The notes under the pieces were generated by a model. It had not been told where the DNA came from. It saw nothing but the letters and a program-made list of their open reading frames with translations, and searched no databases. Positions 38,837 to 48,023 of a stretch of DNA of 64,000 nucleotides are shown in pieces. Numbering within the stretch: position 1 is the stretch's first letter; each line of letters opens with the position of its first letter. The stretch is from the IMG/VR virus record IMGVR_UViG_3300032782_000001, positions 372,001 through 436,000 of that record. One strand, given 5' to 3'. Made by a program: the position numbers and the translations under genes.

Positions 38837-39714
38837 GATGCCAAGTCTCCTTGGAAGACAAGTCCGTTGGTCGGAACCCATGGGTCGTTCGCAAATCCGG
38901 ACACAAACCATCCGGGGTCGAGGAGAGCATAACCACCGTCACCCCAATCTGTACCCCAAGAATTACGAATCTTAATGTTGTTCCCAATTTTGCCCATTGC
39001 CATGATACAATGTTGGCCAATGACTTTCTCTGTGATGTTCCAAGGTTCTCCTTGAGGCGGAGGAATAACCTGGTTCCCTGAAGCTTTGTAGAAAGCTTCA
39101 GTCACTGGAATACCGAAACAGACCGGATGGCGACCGCCGATTGCACTTTGAATATCGGACAGCATTCCATCCGCAATGGAATCAATACGATAATATGAAT
39201 GGAGCTTATTGTTCAAAGCATACCAGGTAGCTTTGATATCAGGACGAACGTTGACTTTGTCAGGCGTATACGGCCACAAACTTTCAGGACAAATTCCAAA
39301 TACGTTCATGGCTTGGAAAGCCGCCTTGACTGACATTCCCTTGTCAAGGTTTGTGAGATTGTGGATCCCGTCCACCGTCATTATGGAACGACCATTGTAA
39401 TAAATTTGATTCCTGGAAATTTGAACTTGTGTCAATCCATCCAGTCCATTGCAAAGCTCAATTGCGTCGGCTGACGCGTTAGCCACGCAAGAACTTTCCC
39501 ACAATTGGTTGGAAACCTCCGTGCACCACTGTTGGAGATCTACATCACCAGCCGTAACGCTCAAAACTGGTAAAAGGTCTTTGGAAAAGATCTTATCACC
39601 GTCTGTGACGACGCTTGGCATGAATCCACCAATTTCGGTCCTTAAAATCATATCGGAATTCTCGATAAAAGCTTTTGACTGTGAAGATTCGAAACGTTTA
39701 TGCTGATATGACAT
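38833..39714 (-). CDS. Papain-like (C1) cysteine peptidase
   Basis: NQLWESSCVANA (Gln and catalytic Cys), GICPESLWPY, GQHCIMAMG (His), IRNSWGTDWGDGGY (Asn). Confidence 0.9.
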   Translation of the reverse strand: MSYQHKRFESSQSKAFIENSDMILRTEIGGFMPSVVTDGDKIFSKDLLPVLSVTAGDVDLQQWCTEVSNQLWESSCVANASADAIELCNGLDGLTQVQISRNQIYYNGRSIMTVDGIHNLTNLDKGMSVKAAFQAMNVFGICPESLWPYTPDKVNVRPDIKATWYALNNKLHSYYRIDSIADGMLSDIQSAIGGRHPVCFGIPVTEAFYKASGNQVIPPPQGEPWNITEKVIGQHCIMAMGKIGNNIKIRNSWGTDWGDGGYALLDPGWFVSGFANDPWVPTNGLVFQGDLAS

Positions 39715-40053
39715 GTGAGGATCGTGAAGATCGCTGCCGGATTAGCCGGCGTGAGCTACGGTGTTCTTTCAGCTTACGCTGATAGAACCGACTCACAGAA
39801 TGAATTCTTGCACCAGAAGCTTCAAAAGGAGCTAGAAGGACTCGGCTATTCTCCAGTGGAATCCATCGGAGAATGGGAAGGAGTACCGGAAAAATGCTGG
39901 GTCGTACCAAACATTAATATTTCTGAATTTGTGGAATTGGCTCGAAGATATGAACAAGAAGCCGTTATTGTGTGCGCCCGAGGAGGAAGGCCGAGAATTT
40001 TGAAAGTCGGAGGGGTACCGAAGCCTCCTGTTTCACGTCCTATGAGCGAATGA
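39715..40053 (+). CDS. DUF3293-like protein
   Basis: SAY...QNEFLHQKLQKEL...GEWEG..E...ELARRYEQEAVI pattern. Confidence 0.55.
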   Translation: MRIVKIAAGLAGVSYGVLSAYADRTDSQNEFLHQKLQKELEGLGYSPVESIGEWEGVPEKCWVVPNINISEFVELARRYEQEAVIVCARGGRPRILKVGGVPKPPVSRPMSE

Positions 40054-40063
40054 AGATTGAGTC

Positions 40064-40732
40064 ATGGGTTATTACTACCGCATGCGAGCCAGGGATGTAG
40101 ACAGCGCCTCTATCTTGTACAGGAGTTGGGTAGTACCCAATATGCCGGATTTCCAAGCCACTCTCTACACGGGACCCAAATCTGGCGGCAGCCCATTGGC
40201 GGATGTCACCGTAGCTGCAAAATGGAAGTCAGGAATCCCGGATAACCAAATTGCAAACTTCAGTCTTGTTGATTTTCTGTTCACCAATAGCGTGCCTTCG
40301 AATGGATCTGGTAATTTCACTGTAGGAAGTAAATTTACTCCCATCAGATCTTGTAAAGCTATCGGGGTTCGGTTTTATTGGGGAGCGGCCAATAAGGCAT
40401 TGAAAATTTCAATTTGGGATGTCGGAGCTGCGTCAAGAATGACTTTTGATGGGTTCGTAACGGGAGTGGCAGGAGTCTATAGAGTCCCGTTCACCAGTAT
40501 TCAAACTTTGACTCCGTTCAAGTCATACGCTGTCACTGTGTATCAAACAGATGGTGCTAATTACACTAATCAAACTAGTGTTGCCGCGGAGCCAGGATCT
40601 GAAACGACAATTGCGAGTCCATTATTTTTCTACACCAATTTCAAGTCCTTTATCGCTGGAGACGGGAACCCAACGAGCACAGCTGGCTCAGAGAGATACC
40701 CTGTAGAACCCTTACTGGTAGGAACTGGATGA
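40064..40732 (+). CDS. Beta-rich DUF4082-like protein (possible virion/receptor-binding), paralogue 1
   Basis: FTVGSKFTP...AIGVRFYW...LKISIWD, Thr/Ser/Gly-rich; paralogous to the next gene. Confidence 0.6.
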   Translation: MGYYYRMRARDVDSASILYRSWVVPNMPDFQATLYTGPKSGGSPLADVTVAAKWKSGIPDNQIANFSLVDFLFTNSVPSNGSGNFTVGSKFTPIRSCKAIGVRFYWGAANKALKISIWDVGAASRMTFDGFVTGVAGVYRVPFTSIQTLTPFKSYAVTVYQTDGANYTNQTSVAAEPGSETTIASPLFFYTNFKSFIAGDGNPTSTAGSERYPVEPLLVGTG

Positions 40733-41409
40733 CCATTTATTACAAAATGAGAGGTCGGGATGTGGATGCGCCATCCCTTACTTTCCGGTCATGGGTAGTC
40801 GCCAATATACCTGACTTGACTGGAGCACAGTATACAGGACCCAAGTCTGGCGGAAGTGCACTTGCGGATGTGTATATATCGAGCGTCAGAGACGATGGGG
40901 GTATTCAGACAGACACTGTCCCTGACTTTAGTCCCGTGAACTTCATGATGGCAAACAGTAACCCTGTTTCCAACTCATCATTAAATCAAGGAAGCGGCAC
41001 TGCCTTCCGAGTCACTAGAGCTTGTAGCTTGCTCGGTATTCGATTCTACTGGGCAGTTTCTTCTAAAACTGTCAAGCTTTCTCTTTGGAATTTGAACACA
41101 AGTGCCCGTGTAAATTCTATCACGGTGTTCGTTCCAACCGCGGGTCTATACTCCTTCTATTTCTCTTCCCCCATAAGCCTCACCCCATTTGTCCAATACT
41201 CAACCGTAGCGTGGGAGACTGACTCTGGCGCTTTCTACACAACGCAGACCAGCCTTCCAACTGTTCCGTCAGTTCCATTTTTCTCAGGTCCATACCTTAT
41301 TTGGACCAATTTCAAAATCTATGGGACTAATGATACGGTTCCGAATACAACAGCTGGCTCTGAAAATTATCCAACAGAGCCGATCATTATAGGGAACACT
41401 CAGCCATAG
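40729..41409 (+). CDS. Beta-rich DUF4082-like protein, paralogue 2
   Basis: YYKMRGRDVD...YTGPKSGGS...GIRFYW...TAGSENYPTEP, matching paralogue 1. Confidence 0.6.
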   Translation: MTIYYKMRGRDVDAPSLTFRSWVVANIPDLTGAQYTGPKSGGSALADVYISSVRDDGGIQTDTVPDFSPVNFMMANSNPVSNSSLNQGSGTAFRVTRACSLLGIRFYWAVSSKTVKLSLWNLNTSARVNSITVFVPTAGLYSFYFSSPISLTPFVQYSTVAWETDSGAFYTTQTSLPTVPSVPFFSGPYLIWTNFKIYGTNDTVPNTTAGSENYPTEPIIIGNTQP

Positions 41410-41976
41410 TCATCGGTGGAAACCGAATAAATCCACGATTTCATCCCATCCGACTACTCGACGAAGATGGGATTCTCGGCGATTATATGGAGTGTCCCAA
41501 AGCAATGCGTGGCCGTTAGGATGATGTAAACCCCATTTCTCCACGTTGTCCGGTTTATCATCGACTAGTCCATGGCCTGCGACCGCATATTTCCGGAAAC
41601 AGTGAATGATTTCGTCCTGACGAGCATTAAAATGATGAGATAACCATTCATTGCGTTCCTGCATCCATGTTTTACTAATATGGTGTGGAGTAGTAACAAA
41701 TAATATCTCCACATCTGGAATAGAGCGGAGCTTTTCTACGGCTTTTTGAGCCTCAGGAAAAGGCTTCAAAGAAGAAGCGAATCCGGGCTCCGCAATCCCG
41801 TTATTACAAGCGGCCTTCATTTCGGCAGTGGGAAGAACATCAGTCACATCCCAGGTAGTGAATGCACTCATTTCCAATCGGATTCCAAAGAGATCATTGA
41901 TGAGATCTCGGGCTGCCTCGTGGAAGTCACCTAAAACTCCATCGACATCCAACAAGAGACGCCTATGTAAACTCAT
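41410..41976 (-). CDS. HAD-family 5'(3')-deoxyribonucleotidase
   Basis: LLLDVDGVLGDF, FVTTP, RNEWLSHHF, LVDDKPDN, LLWDTPYNR; start at ATG 41976. Confidence 0.88.
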   Translation of the reverse strand: MSLHRRLLLDVDGVLGDFHEAARDLINDLFGIRLEMSAFTTWDVTDVLPTAEMKAACNNGIAEPGFASSLKPFPEAQKAVEKLRSIPDVEILFVTTPHHISKTWMQERNEWLSHHFNARQDEIIHCFRKYAVAGHGLVDDKPDNVEKWGLHHPNGHALLWDTPYNRRESHLRRVVGWDEIVDLFGFHR

Positions 41977-42491
41977 GACGACATTACGACTTCGACGCAG
42001 CAAGAGCGCCATAGTTCAACAAGATCTTCCAATTCCATGTCTTTGGCTGGACCAATCAGTGCGGTTCTGATCATTTCTACCCCTCTAGCATGCTCTTCAG
42101 ATCGACGCCTGGTTGCCCGTTTCTCGATGAGGACCATGGCTTTCCCATAAAGCCCATTGGTGGGTGCTTCTTGGATCGCTTTGTCAGAGCGTTCTCTGAT
42201 TTCCGCCAGAAGCTTATCCATGGCGGCTCTCACGGATTTGGGTTTCAGGACAAAACGTTTGAATCGAGGATTGTACTGATGAATGATCTTCAGTTCAAGC
42301 TCCCTATCTGAATAGGAACAAGATACCCATTTCATTTTCGGGAGTCCGACGTCCAAAAGAACGGATGTGTGATAGAATTGGGAAAGATCTTGATTCGCTT
42401 GAATGTTGTTCGGAGGAACAAAGCGTACGCGTGCTAAAATAATCTTCGTTTGGGATAGCTTCTGAATCAGGAATTCGGCAGTTTTTGCCAT
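41973..42491 (-). CDS. Hypothetical protein ending in EVVMSS
   Basis: 172 aa; ATGTAT 9 nt upstream; variant of the shared C-terminal motif. Confidence 0.65.
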   Translation of the reverse strand: MAKTAEFLIQKLSQTKIILARVRFVPPNNIQANQDLSQFYHTSVLLDVGLPKMKWVSCSYSDRELELKIIHQYNPRFKRFVLKPKSVRAAMDKLLAEIRERSDKAIQEAPTNGLYGKAMVLIEKRATRRRSEEHARGVEMIRTALIGPAKDMELEDLVELWRSCCVEVVMSS

Positions 42492-42527
42492 CTCAGATCA
42501 ATACATTCCTGGTACCGTGGAGATACG

Positions 42528-43640
42528 ATGATCACGATTCTGGACATAGGCTGGGGAACGTATAAACAATATGAAGGGCCCTTTTTCAGGGGGGTCATTC
42601 CTTATTCTCTCGGGGCCACATATACGGAAGATCAACGGACGATGGCAGTTATCACCGCCACGGAAGGTGGACATTACGATGCCATTAACATGTATGATAG
42701 ATGCATTCTTTCCTCTGGTCTGATTCAATGGTGTGAAGCTGGTCAATTTTCAGTTTCGGATATGCTTGGAGCCGTGGCAGAAATGGATTCTTCTGCATTG
42801 GCTCCTTTGACTCAGTATTTGACGAGTATTGGCTTGAGCTTCAAGAAGAATGACAAAGGCAGGTGGCGATTCTTCTTCCCCGACGCACGAGGGGAAGTAG
42901 ACAGGCTGGATGAACAACAACAACTCTTCCTGTTCAAGTCCAATGGACAGCAGGGGACTTGGGACGATTCTTCTAAAGAATATGCTAAAGGTTGGGCTGC
43001 TGCCGTCGCCAGCGTATTCCAAAGTACGATCGCTCAGCAAGCTCAAATCCGGTATACGATCCCAAGGCTCATGGGATTTGTCTTGCCTCAAGCAATGACT
43101 ACGCTATGGGGAACCGAATCTGGTACTCCTACTGGCCCAGGGGACTGGAGAGCTGCCGCTAGAGCCGCATATTTGTCGTTTGCTGCAAATAACCCGACTT
43201 ATGCAAACCAATCATTGCAGTCATACGTATCGGAAGCTGGAGCGGCGCAATGGAATTCAGATTGGGTTGTAGGTATGTTACAAGCTCTGACCTTTGATCC
43301 TGGAGTCATCATTTATCCCGCCAGATATGATGCCATCAGGCCCGTGATCGAGAAGCTCTACGGCGTAGATCTTCCTGATTTTGATCAAGAATTGAAGGAT
43401 TGGCATGATGGCAATGCCAATCGTGTTCCCGGTTATCCTCCGTCAGGAATGCATACGACGAAAGAAATTCAGCAAGCTCTCATCAAGCTCGGATTTGATA
43501 TTGGTCCAACGGGGGCTGACGGTCAGTATGGTCCAAAAACTAAGGATGCCGTTATGGTGTTTCAGAAACTCCACGGACTCAAGGCCGACGGTATTGTTGG
43601 GGTAAATACCTGCGCGGCCCTGTTCGCATTGTCGTCATGA
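42528..43640 (+). CDS. Putative endolysin: lysozyme-like N-terminus plus C-terminal peptidoglycan-binding domain
   Basis: ITATEGGHYDAINMYD...SSGLIQW; C-terminal IQQALIKLGFDIGPTGADGQYGPKTKDAVMVFQKLHGLKADGIVG (PG_binding_1). Confidence 0.75.
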   Translation: MITILDIGWGTYKQYEGPFFRGVIPYSLGATYTEDQRTMAVITATEGGHYDAINMYDRCILSSGLIQWCEAGQFSVSDMLGAVAEMDSSALAPLTQYLTSIGLSFKKNDKGRWRFFFPDARGEVDRLDEQQQLFLFKSNGQQGTWDDSSKEYAKGWAAAVASVFQSTIAQQAQIRYTIPRLMGFVLPQAMTTLWGTESGTPTGPGDWRAAARAAYLSFAANNPTYANQSLQSYVSEAGAAQWNSDWVVGMLQALTFDPGVIIYPARYDAIRPVIEKLYGVDLPDFDQELKDWHDGNANRVPGYPPSGMHTTKEIQQALIKLGFDIGPTGADGQYGPKTKDAVMVFQKLHGLKADGIVGVNTCAALFALSS

Positions 43641-43837
43641 GCAATTCACTGGATTCCAAGACCGTAAAAGAAATTCTGGAAGGACCAGACGACGAGCTTC
43701 TGCATGTGGTTCTAATCCTGTCCAAAGAGTCTCGGAAGCGAATGAACGCCAAAATGGCGGACCCGGAATACAGATCCAAACTCAGTGATGGTATGCAGAA
43801 GATTTTCGCTTCTAGAAATCCAGCTCCAAAGCTTTAA
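43637..43837 (+). CDS. Small hypothetical protein
   Basis: ATGA overlap with the endolysin stop. Confidence 0.5.
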   Translation: MSNSLDSKTVKEILEGPDDELLHVVLILSKESRKRMNAKMADPEYRSKLSDGMQKIFASRNPAPKL

Positions 43838-44336
43838 CGGGAGCAGTACGCTCAAATTCCTCTACGATTCTCTGTTCCAATATAGGACGCATAAAATTAG
43901 CAGCCTGATCCCATGCTTCAATAGTCTGTTGGAGACGGTCGGGTGATACTCCGTCCCAGTTTTCAAGCAATGCTTTTGTAGCTTCTAGCACATCGCGGAG
44001 AGTATCTGCCACATCCGGTGGCGGGATTCGTTCCCACTTCGGAGCGAGAAGCTCAAATCGGACCCAGTTCTTTTTCTCTGAACCGTCGTAAGGCTCATGC
44101 CAGTATTGGAGATTGGCTTCTGCCGGTTCCCCATTTTGTTTCAACGTAGGATTGATGCGGACCAATCCAGAAATACGAACAAAATCACCGATTTTGAGTT
44201 TGGATCCGGGTTCAATCTCAAAGTTGTATGCTTGATTAAGCATAGCACATTCGACCGTAACCACCCATCGGGTCTGGCCTTCCGTCAGGAACCGTACTCG
44301 ACCTTCACGGGGGGCTACACTGAATGTTTCAAGCAT
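43812..44336 (-). CDS. Hypothetical protein
   Basis: 174 aa; ATGTAT 9 nt upstream. Confidence 0.6.
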   Translation of the reverse strand: MLETFSVAPREGRVRFLTEGQTRWVVTVECAMLNQAYNFEIEPGSKLKIGDFVRISGLVRINPTLKQNGEPAEANLQYWHEPYDGSEKKNWVRFELLAPKWERIPPPDVADTLRDVLEATKALLENWDGVSPDRLQQTIEAWDQAANFMRPILEQRIVEEFERTAPVKALELDF

Positions 44337-44448
44337 GTGTCAAGAATACATCGGAGTCATATTAGATCCAGCCCAAATCGGGTCCGCCTTAATAATACAA
44401 AGATCTCATGACCAAATCTGGTCGCATTCTATTGTCGAATATTATTAG

Positions 44449-44688
44449 ATGGAATGCCATATTTTGTGGAGTCCGGAGCCAGGAGTCTGCAGCTCATGCG
44501 GACGCAGGTCATCCCAAGTCCGTAGGTTCACTACTGGGACCACACATGAAATGTATTGCTTTCCTTGTTGGAACGGGGCACAAGAATCGTGTCTCGTGAG
44601 TAGTCTGGATTGGGAAGAAAACGAGAACGTGATCTTCCGAATCGGAGGAATAGAGCGTGGAACCGCACAAGGAGCTGTCTGCCATTGA
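44449..44688 (+). CDS. Small Cys-rich protein
   Basis: CSSC...YCFPC; overlaps the next gene. Confidence 0.4.
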   Translation: MECHILWSPEPGVCSSCGRRSSQVRRFTTGTTHEMYCFPCWNGAQESCLVSSLDWEENENVIFRIGGIERGTAQGAVCH

Positions 44689-45355
44689 GAAGTTCCGACC
44701 GGATCTGAAAAGCGGTCCACACGCTTATTTTTCCAAAGCTTTAGAATTCGCTCGAGCGAATTATTCTGAACAGATGGAGGAAATTGCCTCCGTCCAATTC
44801 CAAAAAGTTTCTCAGGAATATTTCTTCAGAGAGTATATCTGGGTAGTCCACGCAACAGGATTCTCGGCTAAGGCTGTCGGCAAATTCATGCCCAAGCTAA
44901 TTCAAGCATACGGTCCATGGAATTGTCTTCCAGATCTTCCGTTCCCCCAAGCCTTCGAACGAGTGAAGATTGTCTGCAATAATCCACAGAAATCTAAGGC
45001 TATTTATGCAATGGCCAAACTCATGTGCGACGAAATGTTCCGTAAAGATGGAACCGCAGTTCCATGGGAGGAATTCCGAAGAAACCGGCTTTCTTCACCT
45101 GAATTATTGGCGAAACTTCCCTATGTGGGGAAAGTGACATGTTTCCACCTCGGCAGGAACATCGGGTTATTGGAATGTGTGAAGCCTGATCTTCATCTCA
45201 TTCGAATGGCAGAATATTGGGGCTTCAAGAATTGTGAAGAGATGTGTCGCGCGGTCAGGCCAGAAGGAATGCCACTCGGGATCGTGGACCTTGTTTTTTG
45301 GTACGCAGCGTCTACGTTTGGAACTTTGGAAGTAAGGAAGGATGGCCAGCGCTAA
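44657..45355 (+). CDS. Helix-hairpin-helix DNA glycosylase-like protein
   Basis: LAKLPYVGKVTCFHLGRNIG...VKPDLHLIR...VDLVFW (HhH-GPD-like). Confidence 0.6.
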   Translation: MEPHKELSAIEKFRPDLKSGPHAYFSKALEFARANYSEQMEEIASVQFQKVSQEYFFREYIWVVHATGFSAKAVGKFMPKLIQAYGPWNCLPDLPFPQAFERVKIVCNNPQKSKAIYAMAKLMCDEMFRKDGTAVPWEEFRRNRLSSPELLAKLPYVGKVTCFHLGRNIGLLECVKPDLHLIRMAEYWGFKNCEEMCRAVRPEGMPLGIVDLVFWYAASTFGTLEVRKDGQR

Positions 45356-45783
45356 CTATCCATGACTTCATAGATAGGCCACAGATTAATAATTAAATCT
45401 GCCGCATCTTCAGAGCTGATATCCCTGAAATTCGGATACTCTATCCGGAAATTTGGTTGAGCTTTGTCATAAATTTGGGTTTTAATTTGCTCTGGCTTCC
45501 CGATAGGATCGGGAAGCGATAGGTGAATCCCCCAAATTTGCTTCCATTCTAAATGACAGATTTCGAATTCAAATGTGAGTTCGAGCCCGCCTAGAAGACA
45601 AATGGCTTCGTCATTATTATTTTTCTCTCCTTTAAGAAAAACTCTGGATGAAATCCAATCCCACCGTTCCTTCACAATCTTGCCAGCCAAAAGTCGGATT
45701 TCAGGGTCCAATTCGCTAATATCGATCACTGGTTCTCCATTATTCAGGACTCCATCACTTCCCAGATAATATTCATCGGACAT
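45352..45783 (-). CDS. Hypothetical protein ending in YEVMDS
   Basis: Shared C-terminal motif; start uncertain. Confidence 0.6.
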   Translation of the reverse strand: MSDEYYLGSDGVLNNGEPVIDISELDPEIRLLAGKIVKERWDWISSRVFLKGEKNNNDEAICLLGGLELTFEFEICHLEWKQIWGIHLSLPDPIGKPEQIKTQIYDKAQPNFRIEYPNFRDISSEDAADLIINLWPIYEVMDS

Positions 45784-45986
45784 TCTTCAGGCTCATCCCC
45801 CACCGGAACAGTGGAGTCACACCATTCACAATGACCCAAACCGTTAGCTTGACGTAAAACACGATGGCCTTTCCCAAAAGCAATCTCATCCAATTTCTTG
45901 AAAATAAGTTCGTCTTCAGCCGATTTAATTTGTTCTCGCGCAGATATAACTGCCGCAGAATGTATAGGCAAAGGTTGACGTGCCAT
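45744..45986 (-). CDS. Hypothetical protein ending in WEVMES
   Basis: 80 aa; CEWC...C; shared C-terminal motif. Confidence 0.55.
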   Translation of the reverse strand: MARQPLPIHSAAVISAREQIKSAEDELIFKKLDEIAFGKGHRVLRQANGLGHCEWCDSTVPVGDEPEECPMNIIWEVMES

Positions 45987-46957
45987 GCGAGACTGTACGG
46001 TCGGTCGTGCGTCACCACATCTTCTGTTTCAGTGGGTACTCGGGCGTCGGCAAAGATGAATGCGCCGGGCATCTCGTTCGAACGAGACAGGCAATTCACA
46101 CTGGGCTTGCAGACCCTGCCAAACGCCATATGGCAGATCTCTACGGATTCACCAAAGAACAGCTCTTCGGACCGAGTCATTTTCGCAATGCAGGCGATCC
46201 GAGATATCCGAAGAATGTTATTCGAAATCTCGGATTCCAATACTTTGATGGTCAAGTAGAGTTGCGAGATGTTGTAGGAGAACTTCGTGATGGCAAACGC
46301 TATATCATCGTAGAAACAAGAAATCTCCCTGGAACAGAACCAGTTCCAGGGAAGCCAGGTTGGCCGGCTGTTCCGCGGCAACCTCTCCAACTCGGGAAAG
46401 CTCGATACTTCATCGAAAACGATCATCCGAATTTCTTCTTGTCGCCTCGTGAGGCGCTGCAACTCTACTGCAATCTCATGAACGATCTCTATCTCGATTC
46501 ATGGATTCGCAAGGGTATTGAAGTTCATCAACAACTTGCCGAAATCCATCAGCAAGATGGAAAGGAAGTCTTCATGCGTCATAGTTACGATCGCATGATG
46601 GGCGTAATCGTGAATGACGTGCGGGAAGGTACCAATTGGAAAACGTCAGATGGGAACTTCTTTACATGCTTTTCTGATTTCCGCCACCGACACGAAATCT
46701 CCCTCGTCAGAGCGTTCAAAGCTGAGTATACTCCAGTCGTGATTCGCGTGAAGCACCCGAAGATTACAATGCCCCCATACGATCATCGTTCAGAGACGGA
46801 ACAAGCTAGTATTCCGGATTCTGCATTCGACTTCGTCATCGATAATGACGGGAGTCTCCAAGAGCTCTACACAAAGGTCGAGAAGATCGTAGAAACGGTC
46901 ATTGCATCTGACGGTTGGAGGCTTCGAGGGCGGAGCTTATATGAGGAGGCCTCGTGA
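45980..46957 (+). CDS. Deoxynucleoside monophosphate kinase-like
   Basis: FSGYSGVGKD, GLADPAK, PREALQ, SDFRHRHE, HRSE, FDFVIDNDGSLQELY. Confidence 0.85.
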   Translation: MPCETVRSVVRHHIFCFSGYSGVGKDECAGHLVRTRQAIHTGLADPAKRHMADLYGFTKEQLFGPSHFRNAGDPRYPKNVIRNLGFQYFDGQVELRDVVGELRDGKRYIIVETRNLPGTEPVPGKPGWPAVPRQPLQLGKARYFIENDHPNFFLSPREALQLYCNLMNDLYLDSWIRKGIEVHQQLAEIHQQDGKEVFMRHSYDRMMGVIVNDVREGTNWKTSDGNFFTCFSDFRHRHEISLVRAFKAEYTPVVIRVKHPKITMPPYDHRSETEQASIPDSAFDFVIDNDGSLQELYTKVEKIVETVIASDGWRLRGRSLYEEAS

Positions 46958-48000
46958 CGATTGATATTGAGAAACTCAAGGCAGTCACCGACATTTATTG
47001 CCATGCATCATGCCCGGACGGCCTATCATCGGCAATGCTTTGTGCAGCAGCATTTTCAATGCTCGGGAGCAAGCCGAAGATTTGGTTCATCCAGTATGGA
47101 ACCGAGAAGATGCTGAAGATGGAGGCCAGACCAAACCAGCTCTTCGTCGACATCACGCCTCCTCTCGAGCGATGGGAAGAATGGAAGGAACACTCACCCA
47201 TTGTTCTTGACCATCACAAGACTGCTCGGAAGGCCACGGAAGGACTCGGAGGCATTTACGGGACCGAGACCCAATCCGGAGCTTCACTGGCTTACGAACA
47301 TGTCTTTGAACCATTGTTCAAAGACGACTTTAGTGAGAGTGAGTACGCTGATTGGAAAAACCTCGCCGAGCTCGCACCCATTCGGGATACCTGGCAAGAT
47401 TCACATGAGCGCTGGGTTGAAGCTACTGGAATGGCTCACGCGCTCATGCAGAATAACCCTTATGAACTCGTGGATGCGGCCCGTGAAGGGAAAGTAGACT
47501 TCCAAGAGCTCTTCAAGCAGGCGAAGCGCGAAGGAGATCGGATTGATTTCAAGGCCAGAAAATTGGCCGAAAACGCTTATTTCGATCAGATCCAGTGTCT
47601 CGGAGTGAATTACCTTCTCGGGGTATTTAATTGCACTGAGAAGCTCATCTCGGATGCTGCGAACACGCTCCTAAGGCATGGGTGCGACATCGCTGTTGCC
47701 TATTTCATGCTTTGTGAAGACGGAGGTCCGAAGATTTCAATCTCCATCCGAACCAATGGAGAGATTTCAGCAGAAATCTTAGCCGCTCATAACAAGGGCG
47801 GAGGACATGACAAAGCTGCGGGCTTCAGGATTGACGATGGTCTGAATGCCTCAGTCAAGTCAATTGTTCAAGTCATCAAGCAGTCTGTCTGGAATACTAA
47901 AACCCAAAGTGTGAAGCCTGATGACGGACGAGAGCGTAAAACCAAAGACATGGTTTTGCAATCTTTGCAAGAGGCTAAGCCAGGTAAGAAACGGAGCTAA
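46954..48000 (+). CDS. DHH/DHHA1 phosphoesterase
   Basis: YCHASCPDG, FVDIT, VLDHHKT, SGASLAY, ISIR, GGGHDKAAG. Confidence 0.88.
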   Translation: MTIDIEKLKAVTDIYCHASCPDGLSSAMLCAAAFSMLGSKPKIWFIQYGTEKMLKMEARPNQLFVDITPPLERWEEWKEHSPIVLDHHKTARKATEGLGGIYGTETQSGASLAYEHVFEPLFKDDFSESEYADWKNLAELAPIRDTWQDSHERWVEATGMAHALMQNNPYELVDAAREGKVDFQELFKQAKREGDRIDFKARKLAENAYFDQIQCLGVNYLLGVFNCTEKLISDAANTLLRHGCDIAVAYFMLCEDGGPKISISIRTNGEISAEILAAHNKGGGHDKAAGFRIDDGLNASVKSIVQVIKQSVWNTKTQSVKPDDGRERKTKDMVLQSLQEAKPGKKRS

Positions 48001-48023
48001 GCCTCTTGTCGCCCGGTTAGGCG

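Noticed and set aside
45773-46462. 229-aa minus-strand ORF
   Set aside because: Antisense to the motif-supported dNMP kinase; no recognisable features.
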